In this document: piece by piece, positions 48,587-58,765 of the stretch
How positions within the stretch are numbered: the first letter of the stretch is position 1
Layout of the letters: every line of letters begins with the position of its first letter
IMG/VR virus record: IMGVR_UViG_3300026549_000037
Span: 105,638-169,637 of that record
DNA length: 64,000 nt
From: a virus
Lineage: Duplodnaviria > Caudoviricetes
Strand: one strand, 5' to 3'
Program-made: the position numbers and the translations under genes
The notes under the pieces: model-generated
The model's database searches: none
Told to the model about the DNA's origin: nothing
The model's input: only the letters and a program-made list of their open reading frames with translations

Positions 48587-49064
48587 AGTCACGAGGGTCA
48601 AAAGCAACGTCAATCCAAAGACTGTTTCCTGCCTCGGAGTCATAATAAAGTTCAGCATTTTCAACAAATAGCTCATCGGAAAGGTCATTCCAATCCAAAG
48701 AGCCGACTGCAACAGAGAGACAGGTATGTCCACCTCCAATTATCCATTTACCCTTAGATGTATTGTAGATTGCAATTTTGGTATCTTTGGAGAGGATTCG
48801 AATAAAATCCTTAATGGAAACATAGTGGTCAGGGTTTACAGTCTTATTTTCCTCCCCGTTTAAATAATTGCAAGCCGCCTTGAAATCTTCAAGGAAATAG
48901 TGACCCTGAGCCCAATAATGACGCTGATAATCAATTCCCCATGCCACAGTATAACGGGGATGACCATCATCAGTCCAATTGCACAGGAGAGTGCGGTCAA
49001 GTTCTTTGTTCTCCGCAACGATTTCGTAAGTGATGCCATTGTCATTCTTAAACTCTCTAACCAT
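48585..49064 (-). CDS. hypothetical protein (W.QGHYF motif)
   Basis: GGAGG RBS. Confidence 0.7.
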   Translation of the reverse strand: MVREFKNDNGITYEIVAENKELDRTLLCNWTDDGHPRYTVAWGIDYQRHYWAQGHYFLEDFKAACNYLNGEENKTVNPDHYVSIKDFIRILSKDTKIAIYNTSKGKWIIGGGHTCLSVAVGSLDWNDLSDELFVENAELYYDSEAGNSLWIDVAFDPRD

Positions 49065-49108
49065 TTTAAATACCTCCAAATATTTTTTAATAAATTTCGA
49101 AAAAAGAC

Positions 49109-49376
49109 TTGACAAATGTGTAAAGATATGCTATAATTAAGTCACAATCTAAAAGAGACCTGCAACCTCAGATAGATTGTGACTTGTATAAGAAATCAAC
49201 TCGCATTAATTTCTATGTTTAACTATTAATACCTAACAGGTATTATAAGTATAATCAATGTGTATGATTTTACTCATGTGAAATCACCTCTTTTCTCCCT
49301 CTATAGGGAAAGTTAAGCTTTGCAGGAGCTTAATAAAAAGGACGAGTAGCTGCTAACTACCCGTCCTTTTATTTTT
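49109..49376 (+). ncRNA. Cassette 4 antisense RNA unit
   Basis: TTGACA 49109 / TATAAT 49132; loops CCUGCAA x UUGCAGG; bidirectional terminator 49333-49376. Confidence 0.8.
49206..49277 (-). CDS. Cassette 4 micro-peptide with TAG at codon 15: MSKIIHIDYTYNTC*VLIVKHRN
   Basis: GAGGTGA RBS; the TAG aligns with CAG (Gln) of cassette 1. Confidence 0.7.
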
Positions 49377-49857
49377 ATCTGTTCTGCTTGCCAACAAAAG
49401 CAAGATTTTCTAACTTGATAGTCAGAACATCAGGCTTTTCATCAAGCTTGTTGAAATATGATGCCTGAATAAGACCAGTTGCCTGAAGGTCAGCTTTCTT
49501 GATTTCCTTACCGTCAAGGAAATACTTAACCTTAGACTTATTGGGAGTGCTGTGAGCAACAACATAGATGTTATGCTCACCAGCCTTGTTGGTGTGCTCA
49601 ATAAAACGGTCAGAACCAGAGAGATAAGTTCCCCAAGTCCTCTGCTGAGGAACATAGCCCTGTTCCATCTTTGCCTTGATGGAAGCCTTGTTTGTACGAT
49701 TGATGCCGAAGCGGACAGTTGCAAGGGTCTTCTTGTAGGCAACGTGACCAGCCCTCTTTGCTGCGGCAGTTAACGGAAGGTCAGTAGTCCATCCGATATT
49801 GGTGAAAGTCCCCTTGTGGATAGCGTTGATGATGGTCATAGCTTCGTTCTTGTTCAT
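49375..49857 (-). CDS. hypothetical basic protein
   Basis: AGGAG RBS; strongly biased codon usage. Confidence 0.75.
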   Translation of the reverse strand: MNKNEAMTIINAIHKGTFTNIGWTTDLPLTAAAKRAGHVAYKKTLATVRFGINRTNKASIKAKMEQGYVPQQRTWGTYLSGSDRFIEHTNKAGEHNIYVVAHSTPNKSKVKYFLDGKEIKKADLQATGLIQASYFNKLDEKPDVLTIKLENLAFVGKQNR

Positions 49858-49908
49858 GATTTTGTTCTCCTTTAAATTAAAATAGATTTTTATTCAGAAA
49901 CCCAGATT

Positions 49909-51102
49909 TCACTCTGGGCTGTCTGTTTTATTGTAAACATCAAAAGCATATTCTTGCTGGTATTTTTGTTCAGCTTCTTTTCTTGCTTGTACAGCTTCTT
50001 CAAAAGATGGGAAAAATTTATTTAAAACTTTTTTCTTTTTTACTGTTAAATTGGCTAACCACCTCTTTTTCCCACGCGGATTATAAGAAACACCTTTTAC
50101 TCCTGTTGTATTTCTTGAATTGGCATGGGAGTTCATACTATTTTGATAAGGTTCAACCACTCTTAAATTGTTTTTGCGATTATCTCTTATAAGATTGCCA
50201 GTTTTAGGATGCCTTTTATGGTCTACAATCCTTTTATCATCAAAATCCAATCCCATAATAAAACGATGCAAAAACAACTTTCGAGCTTTTCGATGTCCAA
50301 TACTAAAATTAGCAAACACATAACCTTTATTACTAAATGTCCAATAATATTCGCTAATTTTTTCGTAATCTTCTTTGTCGATTAGGAAATATTCTCCGTT
50401 TTTGTCATAAACCGTATAATAATCCCCGTCATCACTTAATTCATAAACATTGTGTTCTCTTCTTTCTTTTCCTGCGTCTATTAAGGCACAGCCACATGAT
50501 TTAACACTTCCGTTTTTTAAGTTATCCGAAGATACTGAAACTAATAAAGGATTACCACAATCACATTTGCAAAACCATCTTGGTTTGGCGCGATTACCTC
50601 TATTATAATCAGGAAAAAGAACAGTAAGTTTATTAAATTTTTGTCCCAGTAAATTTTCTCTCGTGCTTCTATTATCCTCTGCTTGGCACCCACAAGAAGT
50701 GGTATGCCCTGTGGTTAAATTGCTTTGATTAATAGAATATGGAATAACATTACCGCATTCACATTCGCAAAACCAATAGCGTATATTATTATGTTCTGAT
50801 TCCTCCCTTTCTAAATCTTCTTTTATTACAATTAGTCTTCCAAATTTACAGCCTGTTAAGTCTATTCTTTTTTCAAATGCTTTCTCCTTTTTTAAACATC
50901 CACAAGACCTAACAGGATGTTTTCCTGTTAAATTGTGGCGTTCAACTGAAATTATAGTATGTTTTTCACAAGAACATTCGCAGAGCCAGTAACTTCCTTT
51001 GGGTTTTCCTTCAGATTGTCTTTGTTTTTCTTTTTCTAAATCTTCTTTTATAACAGTTAATTTTCCGAAAACCTTTCCTGTATAATCTATCTTTTTACTC
51101 AT
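49909..51102 (-). CDS. HNH homing endonuclease with N-terminal Cys-rich repeats and C-terminal AP2 domain
   Basis: three (D)LTG.KFG.L.V..W.C.C.CG..SCGC repeats; LHRFIM..VDH..DNRKNNLR; NTTGVKGV..W.A..EEAVQARK. Confidence 0.85.
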   Translation of the reverse strand: MSKKIDYTGKVFGKLTVIKEDLEKEKQRQSEGKPKGSYWLCECSCEKHTIISVERHNLTGKHPVRSCGCLKKEKAFEKRIDLTGCKFGRLIVIKEDLEREESEHNNIRYWFCECECGNVIPYSINQSNLTTGHTTSCGCQAEDNRSTRENLLGQKFNKLTVLFPDYNRGNRAKPRWFCKCDCGNPLLVSVSSDNLKNGSVKSCGCALIDAGKERREHNVYELSDDGDYYTVYDKNGEYFLIDKEDYEKISEYYWTFSNKGYVFANFSIGHRKARKLFLHRFIMGLDFDDKRIVDHKRHPKTGNLIRDNRKNNLRVVEPYQNSMNSHANSRNTTGVKGVSYNPRGKKRWLANLTVKKKKVLNKFFPSFEEAVQARKEAEQKYQQEYAFDVYNKTDSPE

Positions 51103-51131
51103 AAATCCTCGACTTTCTTTATTGGAGAGGC

Positions 51132-52136
51132 TTAGGCAGCCTCTCCAATAATTTCATAAACTTTATTTAATAATGGCATTCCAACCATAACATTGGTAAA
51201 TCCCATTGGAGTTTTAGGGGTTCGCAGTGCTACAGGGTGAGACTCAAAGTCAGAAATTGCAAGGAGCCCCGCATATCCTGTATTTTTAAAATTCTCAACA
51301 TCAGCCTGCTTGTAGCACTTCATCAGATAATCAATCTGACAAAGATTGCGAATCTGGATAATGTCCTTATCCTCAGTATGAACAGGGAACAGTTCCTTTG
51401 CCATTTCAAAGAACTGATTTTCACTGAAATCAATCTTTGCATATTCCTCACACTCCTTCTTGAACTCCTCAAGATACTGCTTCTGTCCCATAAGAGTGAG
51501 ACGTGCCGCCTCAAGCTTATGATTCATAGAAGAACTATGACGAATACTGATTTCATTTACCATGCCCTTACGAGCACGAGCAAGGCAATTGGAACAAAAG
51601 ATGCGGATGCTGACATAAGAAATGGAGATTGCCCTACTTCCATCGTGGGAGTTTTGAAGTAGGAGATAAGGCTTATAATCATCACCAAGAATATTCATTC
51701 CCTCCGTACTCATGGTAATGATGTTTTTAGCTCCATTGGTTCCATAACTTCCTGCGGTTTCAAAGTGAGCACCTTCTTCCACAAGAGAGTCGAGGAAGTC
51801 AAAAGCATCTTCATTGTTCAGAATCTCATAGTTGGGAGAAACAATACCAAGAGACTGCATGGTATCAGTACGAACCGTAGCAACCTTATCCTTGATTGCA
51901 TAAGGAGTCTGAACCATAATCTGCTTATCTCCCATCATCTGAACAACGGGCTGAGTAAACTGGATAGGGAACTTCTCAACCTTGTAGTTGAGTCCAGACA
52001 ATTCGAGAGCCTGAGCAAGATTGCCAGCAGAGGTGATGTCCTTACCTACGCCATCGGTAAACACAGTGCGCTGAACATTGTCAAAACGAGAAGCGATAGG
52101 AGCGACTTTCTCACTATTGAACTGAAGAATACCCAT
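51132..52136 (-). CDS. DUF932-domain protein
   Basis: ATVRTDT..LGIVS..Y....N..AFDF; ETAGS; NSHDGS; RIFCSN. Confidence 0.85.
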   Translation of the reverse strand: MGILQFNSEKVAPIASRFDNVQRTVFTDGVGKDITSAGNLAQALELSGLNYKVEKFPIQFTQPVVQMMGDKQIMVQTPYAIKDKVATVRTDTMQSLGIVSPNYEILNNEDAFDFLDSLVEEGAHFETAGSYGTNGAKNIITMSTEGMNILGDDYKPYLLLQNSHDGSRAISISYVSIRIFCSNCLARARKGMVNEISIRHSSSMNHKLEAARLTLMGQKQYLEEFKKECEEYAKIDFSENQFFEMAKELFPVHTEDKDIIQIRNLCQIDYLMKCYKQADVENFKNTGYAGLLAISDFESHPVALRTPKTPMGFTNVMVGMPLLNKVYEIIGEAA

Positions 52137-52189
52137 AATATTTCCTTTCTGCGTTTAAGCTCGCCAGCTTTTTTGTTTTTGTTGAGATA

Positions 52190-52218
52190 ATTATATCACA
52201 AAAGTTTGGATTTGTCAA
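52190..52218 (-). promoter_or_regulatory. sigma-A promoter
   Basis: TTGACA-17-TATAAT on the - strand. Confidence 0.85.
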
Positions 52219-52268
52219 GGACTTTAGATTAAATAATCTAAAGTTTTTGAAGGTGAAGGGTGGAAGAT

Positions 52269-52802
52269 TTACTTCCACCCATATACCTTCTTAATGTAGG
52301 GAGCAAGGGAACGGGTGTATCTGGTAATGTCTTTCTTGGTGACTGTGCCGTTGTAGACTTTCCAGAGGAAATTGTCAGCTTGGTCAGAACTGATGCTTGG
52401 CTTAAGCTCTCTGTAAATACAGATATGACTTGCATCATGATGAGTTTGCTTACATCCGAAATCATATCGGTCTACATAGAAATCAGCGTAGGCACAATCT
52501 CCGAAGAACGTAAGACATTCTCCGATATTGTGACCGTAAAGCTTATATCCAAGCCTACGACCATTCCAAAGACCAATATCAGCAATACAGACGATACGTC
52601 CCTGAGTATAAATATTGAGATTCATGCGCTCATCATCAAGATAACTGTTATTGAGTTCATACATCTCTTCTCTGAGCGTGTCATCGTCAACATCGGTAGG
52701 GAGACCATTAATCTCTCTGTTTTCGAGCAATCCCTCCTTCCAATCTTCAAGGTCAAGGTCGTAATTTTGCCAAATGTGGTGGATAGGTTCTCTGGTTTTC
52801 AT
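52269..52802 (-). CDS. conserved phage hypothetical protein
   Basis: ADIGLWNGR; HHD; GGAGG RBS. Confidence 0.75.
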   Translation of the reverse strand: MKTREPIHHIWQNYDLDLEDWKEGLLENREINGLPTDVDDDTLREEMYELNNSYLDDERMNLNIYTQGRIVCIADIGLWNGRRLGYKLYGHNIGECLTFFGDCAYADFYVDRYDFGCKQTHHDASHICIYRELKPSISSDQADNFLWKVYNGTVTKKDITRYTRSLAPYIKKVYGWK

Positions 52803-52832
52803 GTTCGTACCTCCATAATTTTATTTGAGTTT

Positions 52833-52861
52833 ATTTTAAACCATCCAAGATGGTTTGTCAA
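52833..52861 (-). promoter_or_regulatory. sigma-A promoter whose 17-bp spacer is a palindrome (operator-like)
   Basis: TTGACA-aaccatcttggatggtt-TAAAAT. Confidence 0.7.
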
Positions 52862-52926
52862 GGGGTTAAACTAAAAAATAGTAAATTTAAGCGCCAATGC
52901 AACTACTACAATAGATATAATCGTCT

Positions 52927-53190
52927 TCATCGAGATACGCAGACGGGAGAGCCATTGTGCTTCCACAACAAGTACATTTCACAATCATTTGCCATATTTT
53001 TCAGAATTTTAGCATACTCACGATGCTCTTCTGCATATCCCTCCCACTGTTCAGCAGATTCCTTAGTATCACTACCCAAAGCAAAGATATGGCAGTTGGA
53101 TGCAGTATCCAATTCATCTTTTGCCGCTTCAAGGTACATCTCCTTCATCCATTCAATCATATTCTCCGTCAAATTCATGTTCTTAGCCAT
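52927..53190 (-). CDS. hypothetical protein
   Basis: RBS preceded by pseudoknot copy B. Confidence 0.65.
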   Translation of the reverse strand: MAKNMNLTENMIEWMKEMYLEAAKDELDTASNCHIFALGSDTKESAEQWEGYAEEHREYAKILKNMANDCEMYLLWKHNGSPVCVSR

Positions 53191-53270
53191 AATATTTCCT
53201 TTCTCCCCGTGTAGCCAGTTAGGTCAGCTTAAATGTGTTGTTTGTTAATGTGAAGTTGATTTGTTAGATG

Positions 53271-54887
53271 TTAATCACGAGGAGTAACACAAACCTTGAG
53301 TTTATTTTTCTTGGCATACTCGCAAATAGCTTTGTATTCGTCCTCTGTGATACTACGGTTAGAAGCTCCTCTTGCTTGAACAATGGCTTCGTTTTCAATT
53401 TCAATAGTAACCAAGGGCTTGTCAGTAGCTTTTGTCTTACGAAGGAAAACAATCAGGCTATTTTTCTTAAGAATTTTAGAAATGTAGCTGGCAACACAAT
53501 GATTCAACGCAGAACCTTCATGCTTGACATCATCTGCATTCTTAGGACGAATAATACTGTATGTTTTATCCTCCGTGATAAAAGGTGTGAAATCTTTATA
53601 GGCATTTTCAAACATCTCCGCCTGTTCCTCGGTAAGCTTGACTTTAAAATTACGAGAAGTAATATCATGAGTCTGCTTGAGGTAAGAACTGTAAAGAGTA
53701 GGCTTAATATCCATGGAAATGCACATATCAAGATAGTCACGAAGCTCACCAATAAACGAGTTTAAAGTATTAAAACCTTGGTTGATAGTTTCTTCACAGA
53801 CATAATCCATAAACTTGCCAAAGGTGTAGAACTGATAGAATTTGGAATTTCTATAATAGTAGTTTGTCCTCATATAACACTCTAATGTAAAACTGAAAAC
53901 ATTTCCATTTCCATCAACACTAACATGATTGAATTCGAATTCTTCGTCCCAATACTTAGCTTTTTCAATAATATCAAACCATTCCTGATTTGTGTAATGG
54001 CAGAAATCCTCTAAAGTCAGTCCTTTGTTATAATAATTATACTCGTAATCATACTCGTTTTTCTTAAATGCGGAATCAACGATAGACTGCAAACTCATCC
54101 AATCATCAAGAATATTTCTGTCATTGGCTTCTTTGTATTCTGCTTTCGTAAGATGAACAAGCTTGTAAACAGGTTCAGCAGTTTCAATTGTAAGGCTAAG
54201 AAGAGCATTTTGAATAGATTTGGGAGCAGTGCGGAAGATGATTTCAGCAGATTTATTTCTACTTAATGCAAGCTTTAATTCTCTGAAAGTAAATTTAGGT
54301 CCAATATTCTCAATAGGAATACCCCAAGCCTGAGAGATGAAATAAACTGCACTATCACCCATTCCAGCTTCATAAACGGGAGTAACGCCATTACTGACAG
54401 GCTGTGCATCAGGTTCAAGAATAGGAATTATCTGTTCACCGTCCATGATAAAGTTGCAAGAAGCATTGTTGGTGGCAATTTTGTATCTATAATGACGAGA
54501 TACAACAGCACCAAGAAGGAAGCAATAGCCAACATTGACCCAAAAATCACCACCTTTTAAATTAATTTCCTTGATAACAAAAGTGTTAGGAGAAAGACTA
54601 TCATAATCGACAGGAGCACCAGTAAATAAATCGAAATACAAATTAGAATCAGAACGGTTCGACTTGTAATGAATAATAATTTTCTTTCCAAGAGGAGTAA
54701 AATCACTATTATAGCGAATGTTTTGAACCTTAGTTATTTCGATTTTTGCCTCTTCAAGCTTATCAGTGAGCTCTTTAATACGAGCGTTGATTTCCTTTTC
54801 TTTAGCAGAAACTTCATAGTTGTTAAAGAAGCTTGCATAATCGTGAGTGGAAGACTTGTAGAAATTAGCAATAGAAGTGTTAGACAT
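53271..54887 (-). CDS. PcfJ-domain protein
   Basis: DYLDM...LKQTHD...EGSALNHCVASY...IVFLRK...TIEI...QARG..N. Confidence 0.85.
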   Translation of the reverse strand: MSNTSIANFYKSSTHDYASFFNNYEVSAKEKEINARIKELTDKLEEAKIEITKVQNIRYNSDFTPLGKKIIIHYKSNRSDSNLYFDLFTGAPVDYDSLSPNTFVIKEINLKGGDFWVNVGYCFLLGAVVSRHYRYKIATNNASCNFIMDGEQIIPILEPDAQPVSNGVTPVYEAGMGDSAVYFISQAWGIPIENIGPKFTFRELKLALSRNKSAEIIFRTAPKSIQNALLSLTIETAEPVYKLVHLTKAEYKEANDRNILDDWMSLQSIVDSAFKKNEYDYEYNYYNKGLTLEDFCHYTNQEWFDIIEKAKYWDEEFEFNHVSVDGNGNVFSFTLECYMRTNYYYRNSKFYQFYTFGKFMDYVCEETINQGFNTLNSFIGELRDYLDMCISMDIKPTLYSSYLKQTHDITSRNFKVKLTEEQAEMFENAYKDFTPFITEDKTYSIIRPKNADDVKHEGSALNHCVASYISKILKKNSLIVFLRKTKATDKPLVTIEIENEAIVQARGASNRSITEDEYKAICEYAKKNKLKVCVTPRD

Positions 54888-54966
54888 AATCAAATCTCCT
54901 TTAATATTTTATAGATTATAGGTTGATAGGGACTTTATATAAAGGGGAGGTTTCCCTCCCCAGATA

Positions 54967-55698
54967 TTAGATAAGCTCACCAGTGTAGTTGTAAAGCTTA
55001 CCATCAACCTTTTCACGAAGTTCATAGAATTCACGAGACTTCAAGACTCCAAGGATTTTCTCCTTGAGCTCAGGCTGAGTGCGATAATAGTCACCATTGT
55101 AACTCCAATGACGCTTATAGATTTGCATAGAATCTTTTTCTTTAAGAGCCTTAACAGGGGTGTAAAGACTAACAGTTACATCTTCTCCCTTGCTATTCTT
55201 ATAGGTGAGTTTGATGTAAATTTCAACAGGGTAACTACCATAAGAAGGGACATAAGATTCAAACTTGTAATCCTTTAGATACGGATAATCTCGGAGAAGA
55301 GCCTCCTTATAAACCTTAGCAAGATTACCAACATTCTGATACTGATAGGAAACACGATAACCAATAGCAGGAAGATAAACAGTACGGTGGAAATCGGTGT
55401 TACCCTGATATTCCTCAAAGCTATGGCAACGGTCAATACACTCACGTTCATAATTCTTTTCCCAATAGCTACCAGGAACGGCACATTCTTGAGGGATATA
55501 ATGGATAGCACAAATATCTCCGATAGAGAGATTTTCAAGAATCCATTCAAGAGTAGATTTAGAGAAACAATTCTCCCAAGAATCCCAATTGCAGATATAG
55601 CGGTCAGCCTCTTCCAAAGTGATACCGAGTTCATCAGAATGGATAGGGGAATCATAGATAGAAACAATGTGATTACGAGAATTAACAGACTTACGCAT
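54967..55698 (-). CDS. hypothetical protein
   Basis: RBS. Confidence 0.7.
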   Translation of the reverse strand: MRKSVNSRNHIVSIYDSPIHSDELGITLEEADRYICNWDSWENCFSKSTLEWILENLSIGDICAIHYIPQECAVPGSYWEKNYERECIDRCHSFEEYQGNTDFHRTVYLPAIGYRVSYQYQNVGNLAKVYKEALLRDYPYLKDYKFESYVPSYGSYPVEIYIKLTYKNSKGEDVTVSLYTPVKALKEKDSMQIYKRHWSYNGDYYRTQPELKEKILGVLKSREFYELREKVDGKLYNYTGELI

Positions 55699-55783
55699 AA
55701 TAAATACTTCCTTTCTTAAATACATCTGTTTAAAACCTTATAAAGATTTAAACTACTTTCTTATGATTGAGATGAGAGGGGAA

Positions 55784-56278
55784 TTACTTCCCCTCATCCT
55801 CATAATCATCTTCATAATCAAGGTCAGTCTCAGCTTCAGCGTTGAGCTCATGAATCTTAGCAAGAGCACGAAGCTTCAGAATCTCCCGAATGGCTTCCTT
55901 GGGGATATTGTCTCCCATGTCAGAAGCATCAGCTAATTCCTTACCAGCCATGTCGTAAATCTTCTTGGACTGGTAAGAAATCACACAGTCTTCATCTTCG
56001 ATTCTCACCTGTTCGTCGGGCTGGATGTTGTTCTCGTTCATGGAAGCTTCAAAGTTCACCTGAGACATGACTTCCATGACAAGAGCCATTCCCTTCTTGT
56101 CGCTATTATTAACAATACGCTGAATAACAGCAAGACCAGCTTCACGGTCTGCCTCAGATACAGAGCCCATTGCGCCAACCTTGATTTCGTCGATATAAAG
56201 GAATTCGAGGTTGCTGTTGTTTTCCTTCATGAGCTGGACGCGATTCAGGGACTTCTTGTTGTTGTTGATGTTAGCCAT
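55784..56278 (-). CDS. hypothetical acidic protein
   Basis: RBS preceded by pseudoknot copy E. Confidence 0.7.
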   Translation of the reverse strand: MANINNNKKSLNRVQLMKENNSNLEFLYIDEIKVGAMGSVSEADREAGLAVIQRIVNNSDKKGMALVMEVMSQVNFEASMNENNIQPDEQVRIEDEDCVISYQSKKIYDMAGKELADASDMGDNIPKEAIREILKLRALAKIHELNAEAETDLDYEDDYEDEGK

Positions 56279-56350
56279 AATAGATTCCTTTCCGTTTTAA
56301 CGTCTTGAACGTGACGTAAATTTATTGAACCTTAATAATAAATGTTGTTA

Positions 56351-56569
56351 TTAGCATTCAGTCTTCTTAATGGACATAAAGTTTCCAAGCTCTTTTAGTG
56401 CAGTGAAAAGTTCACCAGCCAAAACGTCATTAAGCTGAAACTCAAGTTTTTGTCCATGAAAGTTAGTAACAGAGAAATTGTAAAAACCATTTTCTTTGTT
56501 GAGACTAATAGCTGTGGCAGACCTATCATCATTAGCACTGATATTATAAGTTTTGTTAATAGTTAGCAT
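56351..56569 (-). CDS. hypothetical protein
   Basis: ORF in operon. Confidence 0.55.
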   Translation of the reverse strand: MLTINKTYNISANDDRSATAISLNKENGFYNFSVTNFHGQKLEFQLNDVLAGELFTALKELGNFMSIKKTEC

Positions 56570-56633
56570 TTGATTCTTCTCACTTTCTTTTTTGTTGTGA
56601 TTGTGGATATTTTGATATAGAAAAAGATGGAAA

Positions 56634-57200
56634 TTATTTCCCAGCAATCTCATCATAATTTTCCCGAATAGAACGAATTCGAGTTTCATCAGCTTTGATT
56701 CTGCGCTCGATTTCTCTCATAAGAGCGGAACGGAAAAGATTATAAATGTTATAATCGTCCCACTTAACGAGCCAGCCATCTTTATCTTCACCCAAAGCAG
56801 TAGAGTAATATTCCTCACTGGGATTCAAGGTATAGTTAAAAGAAGTACGCCCTACAGTTGAGTATTTAAGGACATAAACTTTACCATAAGGATTATAACT
56901 AATACACATAAAACAACGTTCGCCAGTATCGTCTCTATTAAAAGAAGCCTGTAAAAAATTGCTAATTATATCTTTTACACCAATGTTTTCAACCGTCTTA
57001 CACAATTCAAGAAGCTGATTGCAGATTTCAGCCCATTTAGCAGCACCAATAGCCTTAATGCGAGGAAGATAAAATTCCTCAGTACGCTCACGAGTAGCTT
57101 TGATGTCGTTCATCTTTTGAATGAGCTCCATCATTTCGGTGTCCTCGTTCTCCTTGCAAGTAACGGTAACGGTCATGTTCTCATAAGTCTTAGTAGTCAT
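56634..57200 (-). CDS. hypothetical protein (paralog of 46342)
   Basis: FYLPRIKAIGAAKWAEICNQL. Confidence 0.75.
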   Translation of the reverse strand: MTTKTYENMTVTVTCKENEDTEMMELIQKMNDIKATRERTEEFYLPRIKAIGAAKWAEICNQLLELCKTVENIGVKDIISNFLQASFNRDDTGERCFMCISYNPYGKVYVLKYSTVGRTSFNYTLNPSEEYYSTALGEDKDGWLVKWDDYNIYNLFRSALMREIERRIKADETRIRSIRENYDEIAGK

Positions 57201-57250
57201 ATTTTGCTCCTTTTCTCCCCGTATAGCCGATAGGACAGCTTATAGTACTT

Positions 57251-57475
57251 TTATTTTATTAAATAATTTTTTGCATAATCGGTGTCGTTGCAGCTTTCAT
57301 CTTCTGTATTATAGCTACGCACACCATCAATATCAAATGCATATTCTATTTGATATCTTAAATCACCTACTGTCCCCTCTGCTTCTCGCAACAATTCAGC
57401 AAGATATAAAATATCTTGTTCTTCTCCTTGTATTATAAGATTATGCTCTTTAAATCGGTAGATTTTAGTTTCCAT
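57251..57475 (-). CDS. hypothetical protein
   Basis: AGGAGG RBS. Confidence 0.65.
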   Translation of the reverse strand: METKIYRFKEHNLIIQGEEQDILYLAELLREAEGTVGDLRYQIEYAFDIDGVRSYNTEDESCNDTDYAKNYLIK

Positions 57476-57495
57476 TTATTTTTTACCTCCTTTAT

Positions 57496-57732
57496 TTAAT
57501 GGCAGAAATGCTTGCAGAGTTCCTTACAGATAACGTGAGAGTATTCATTTCTCCCATCAAATCTGTAATCATCAGAACCACAAGTAGCAATCCACTTAAG
57601 ACACAAACGAGTGAATTCCTCTTGCAGATACCGATGTTCATGAGTCATGAGTTCACAGAACTCTTTGTTATCGTGGCTGAAATTATTAACAAAATCAGTC
57701 ATTGTGGAAACAGCTTCTTTAGCGGTAGGCAT
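57496..57732 (-). CDS. hypothetical protein (HRYLQ..DGRNE)
   Basis: AGGAG RBS. Confidence 0.7.
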   Translation of the reverse strand: MPTAKEAVSTMTDFVNNFSHDNKEFCELMTHEHRYLQEEFTRLCLKWIATCGSDDYRFDGRNEYSHVICKELCKHFCH

Positions 57733-57768
57733 AGTTTTATTCTCCTTTCTTAAATCAAGCACTCAAAA

Positions 57769-58074
57769 TTAGATTTCAACTTCGATGATTTTACAATCCC
57801 AATTGTCGTGATTAAAAGTTTCTGCCCAAGCACAACTCTCATTGAGATTGTTTTCATCGTCCAAAATATCCTCTTTGATAAGGACATCCATAACCTTGTC
57901 TAAATCATCATTGGAATTGATTTCGAATTCGTAATCGTAACTGTTTTCATCCACATATTTACAGGCTTCAAAAAACTTTTCAAGCATACGAATTTGTGCT
58001 TTAAGCATGGTATCAAAGAACTCAGGTTCCCCAATTTCACGCTCACAGCAATCAATAACCATGTACTTCTTCAT
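57769..58074 (-). CDS. hypothetical protein
   Basis: RBS. Confidence 0.65.
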   Translation of the reverse strand: MKKYMVIDCCEREIGEPEFFDTMLKAQIRMLEKFFEACKYVDENSYDYEFEINSNDDLDKVMDVLIKEDILDDENNLNESCAWAETFNHDNWDCKIIEVEI

Positions 58075-58114
58075 AATTTTTTCATTTCCTTTCTTAAATC
58101 ACAATTATTGTTTG

Positions 58115-58303
58115 TTAATCATCAAAATCGCAATTTTCTTCATCGAGGTTGGCATCTCCAACCCATTCAACCTGACGCATTGGAATTAAATCCAAATGCT
58201 TAGAAGCATATTTGATAGCTTCATCAATGGTCATGTCATCAGGGACTTGAATGGAGGAATTATACACTCCAATGCAGTTTACGGTTACATTCAGGGTTTT
58301 CAT
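58115..58303 (-). CDS. hypothetical protein
   Basis: RBS. Confidence 0.65.
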   Translation of the reverse strand: MKTLNVTVNCIGVYNSSIQVPDDMTIDEAIKYASKHLDLIPMRQVEWVGDANLDEENCDFDD

Positions 58304-58346
58304 AATTTTACTTCCTTTCTTAAATCATAAAGGTTGTTATTAGTAT

Positions 58347-58691
58347 TCAGTAATTTATTTCCTCCTTTCTCACATAAATATGATACCAATCTGCTCCCAA
58401 CCAAAAATCCCACTCTCCAAGAATGGTATCTTCAGGTTCAGTGCAAGAAACTTCTGTCAAAATTCCTTTTTCATTAGGAACAAACATCACACCTTCACAC
58501 CAAGAAGGGGCTTCGTCTGAACCACAAAGTTTGAAGTCAACTACAACTCCATTTTCAAATTTTACTGTAAGAAGATAAGAAGACTCTTTTTCTCCTAACC
58601 AATATCTACGATTTTCTTCATCATCCAAACAAGCGGCTTCTACATACCTTGCAATGGACGAAGAAATGTTAATAGTTTTCTCAAATTTCAT
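58347..58691 (-). CDS. hypothetical protein (paralog of the N-terminal half of 59021)
   Basis: LTV.F..G...D...CGS..APSWCE.V..ILG.W. Confidence 0.75.
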   Translation of the reverse strand: MKFEKTINISSSIARYVEAACLDDEENRRYWLGEKESSYLLTVKFENGVVVDFKLCGSDEAPSWCEGVMFVPNEKGILTEVSCTEPEDTILGEWDFWLGADWYHIYVRKEEINY

Positions 58692-58765
58692 TTTTTATTC
58701 CTCCTCCTTAACGTCAGTGGCTTCAAAGTCATCCGACCAAGAAATATCTTCTTTTCAAAAAAGTC

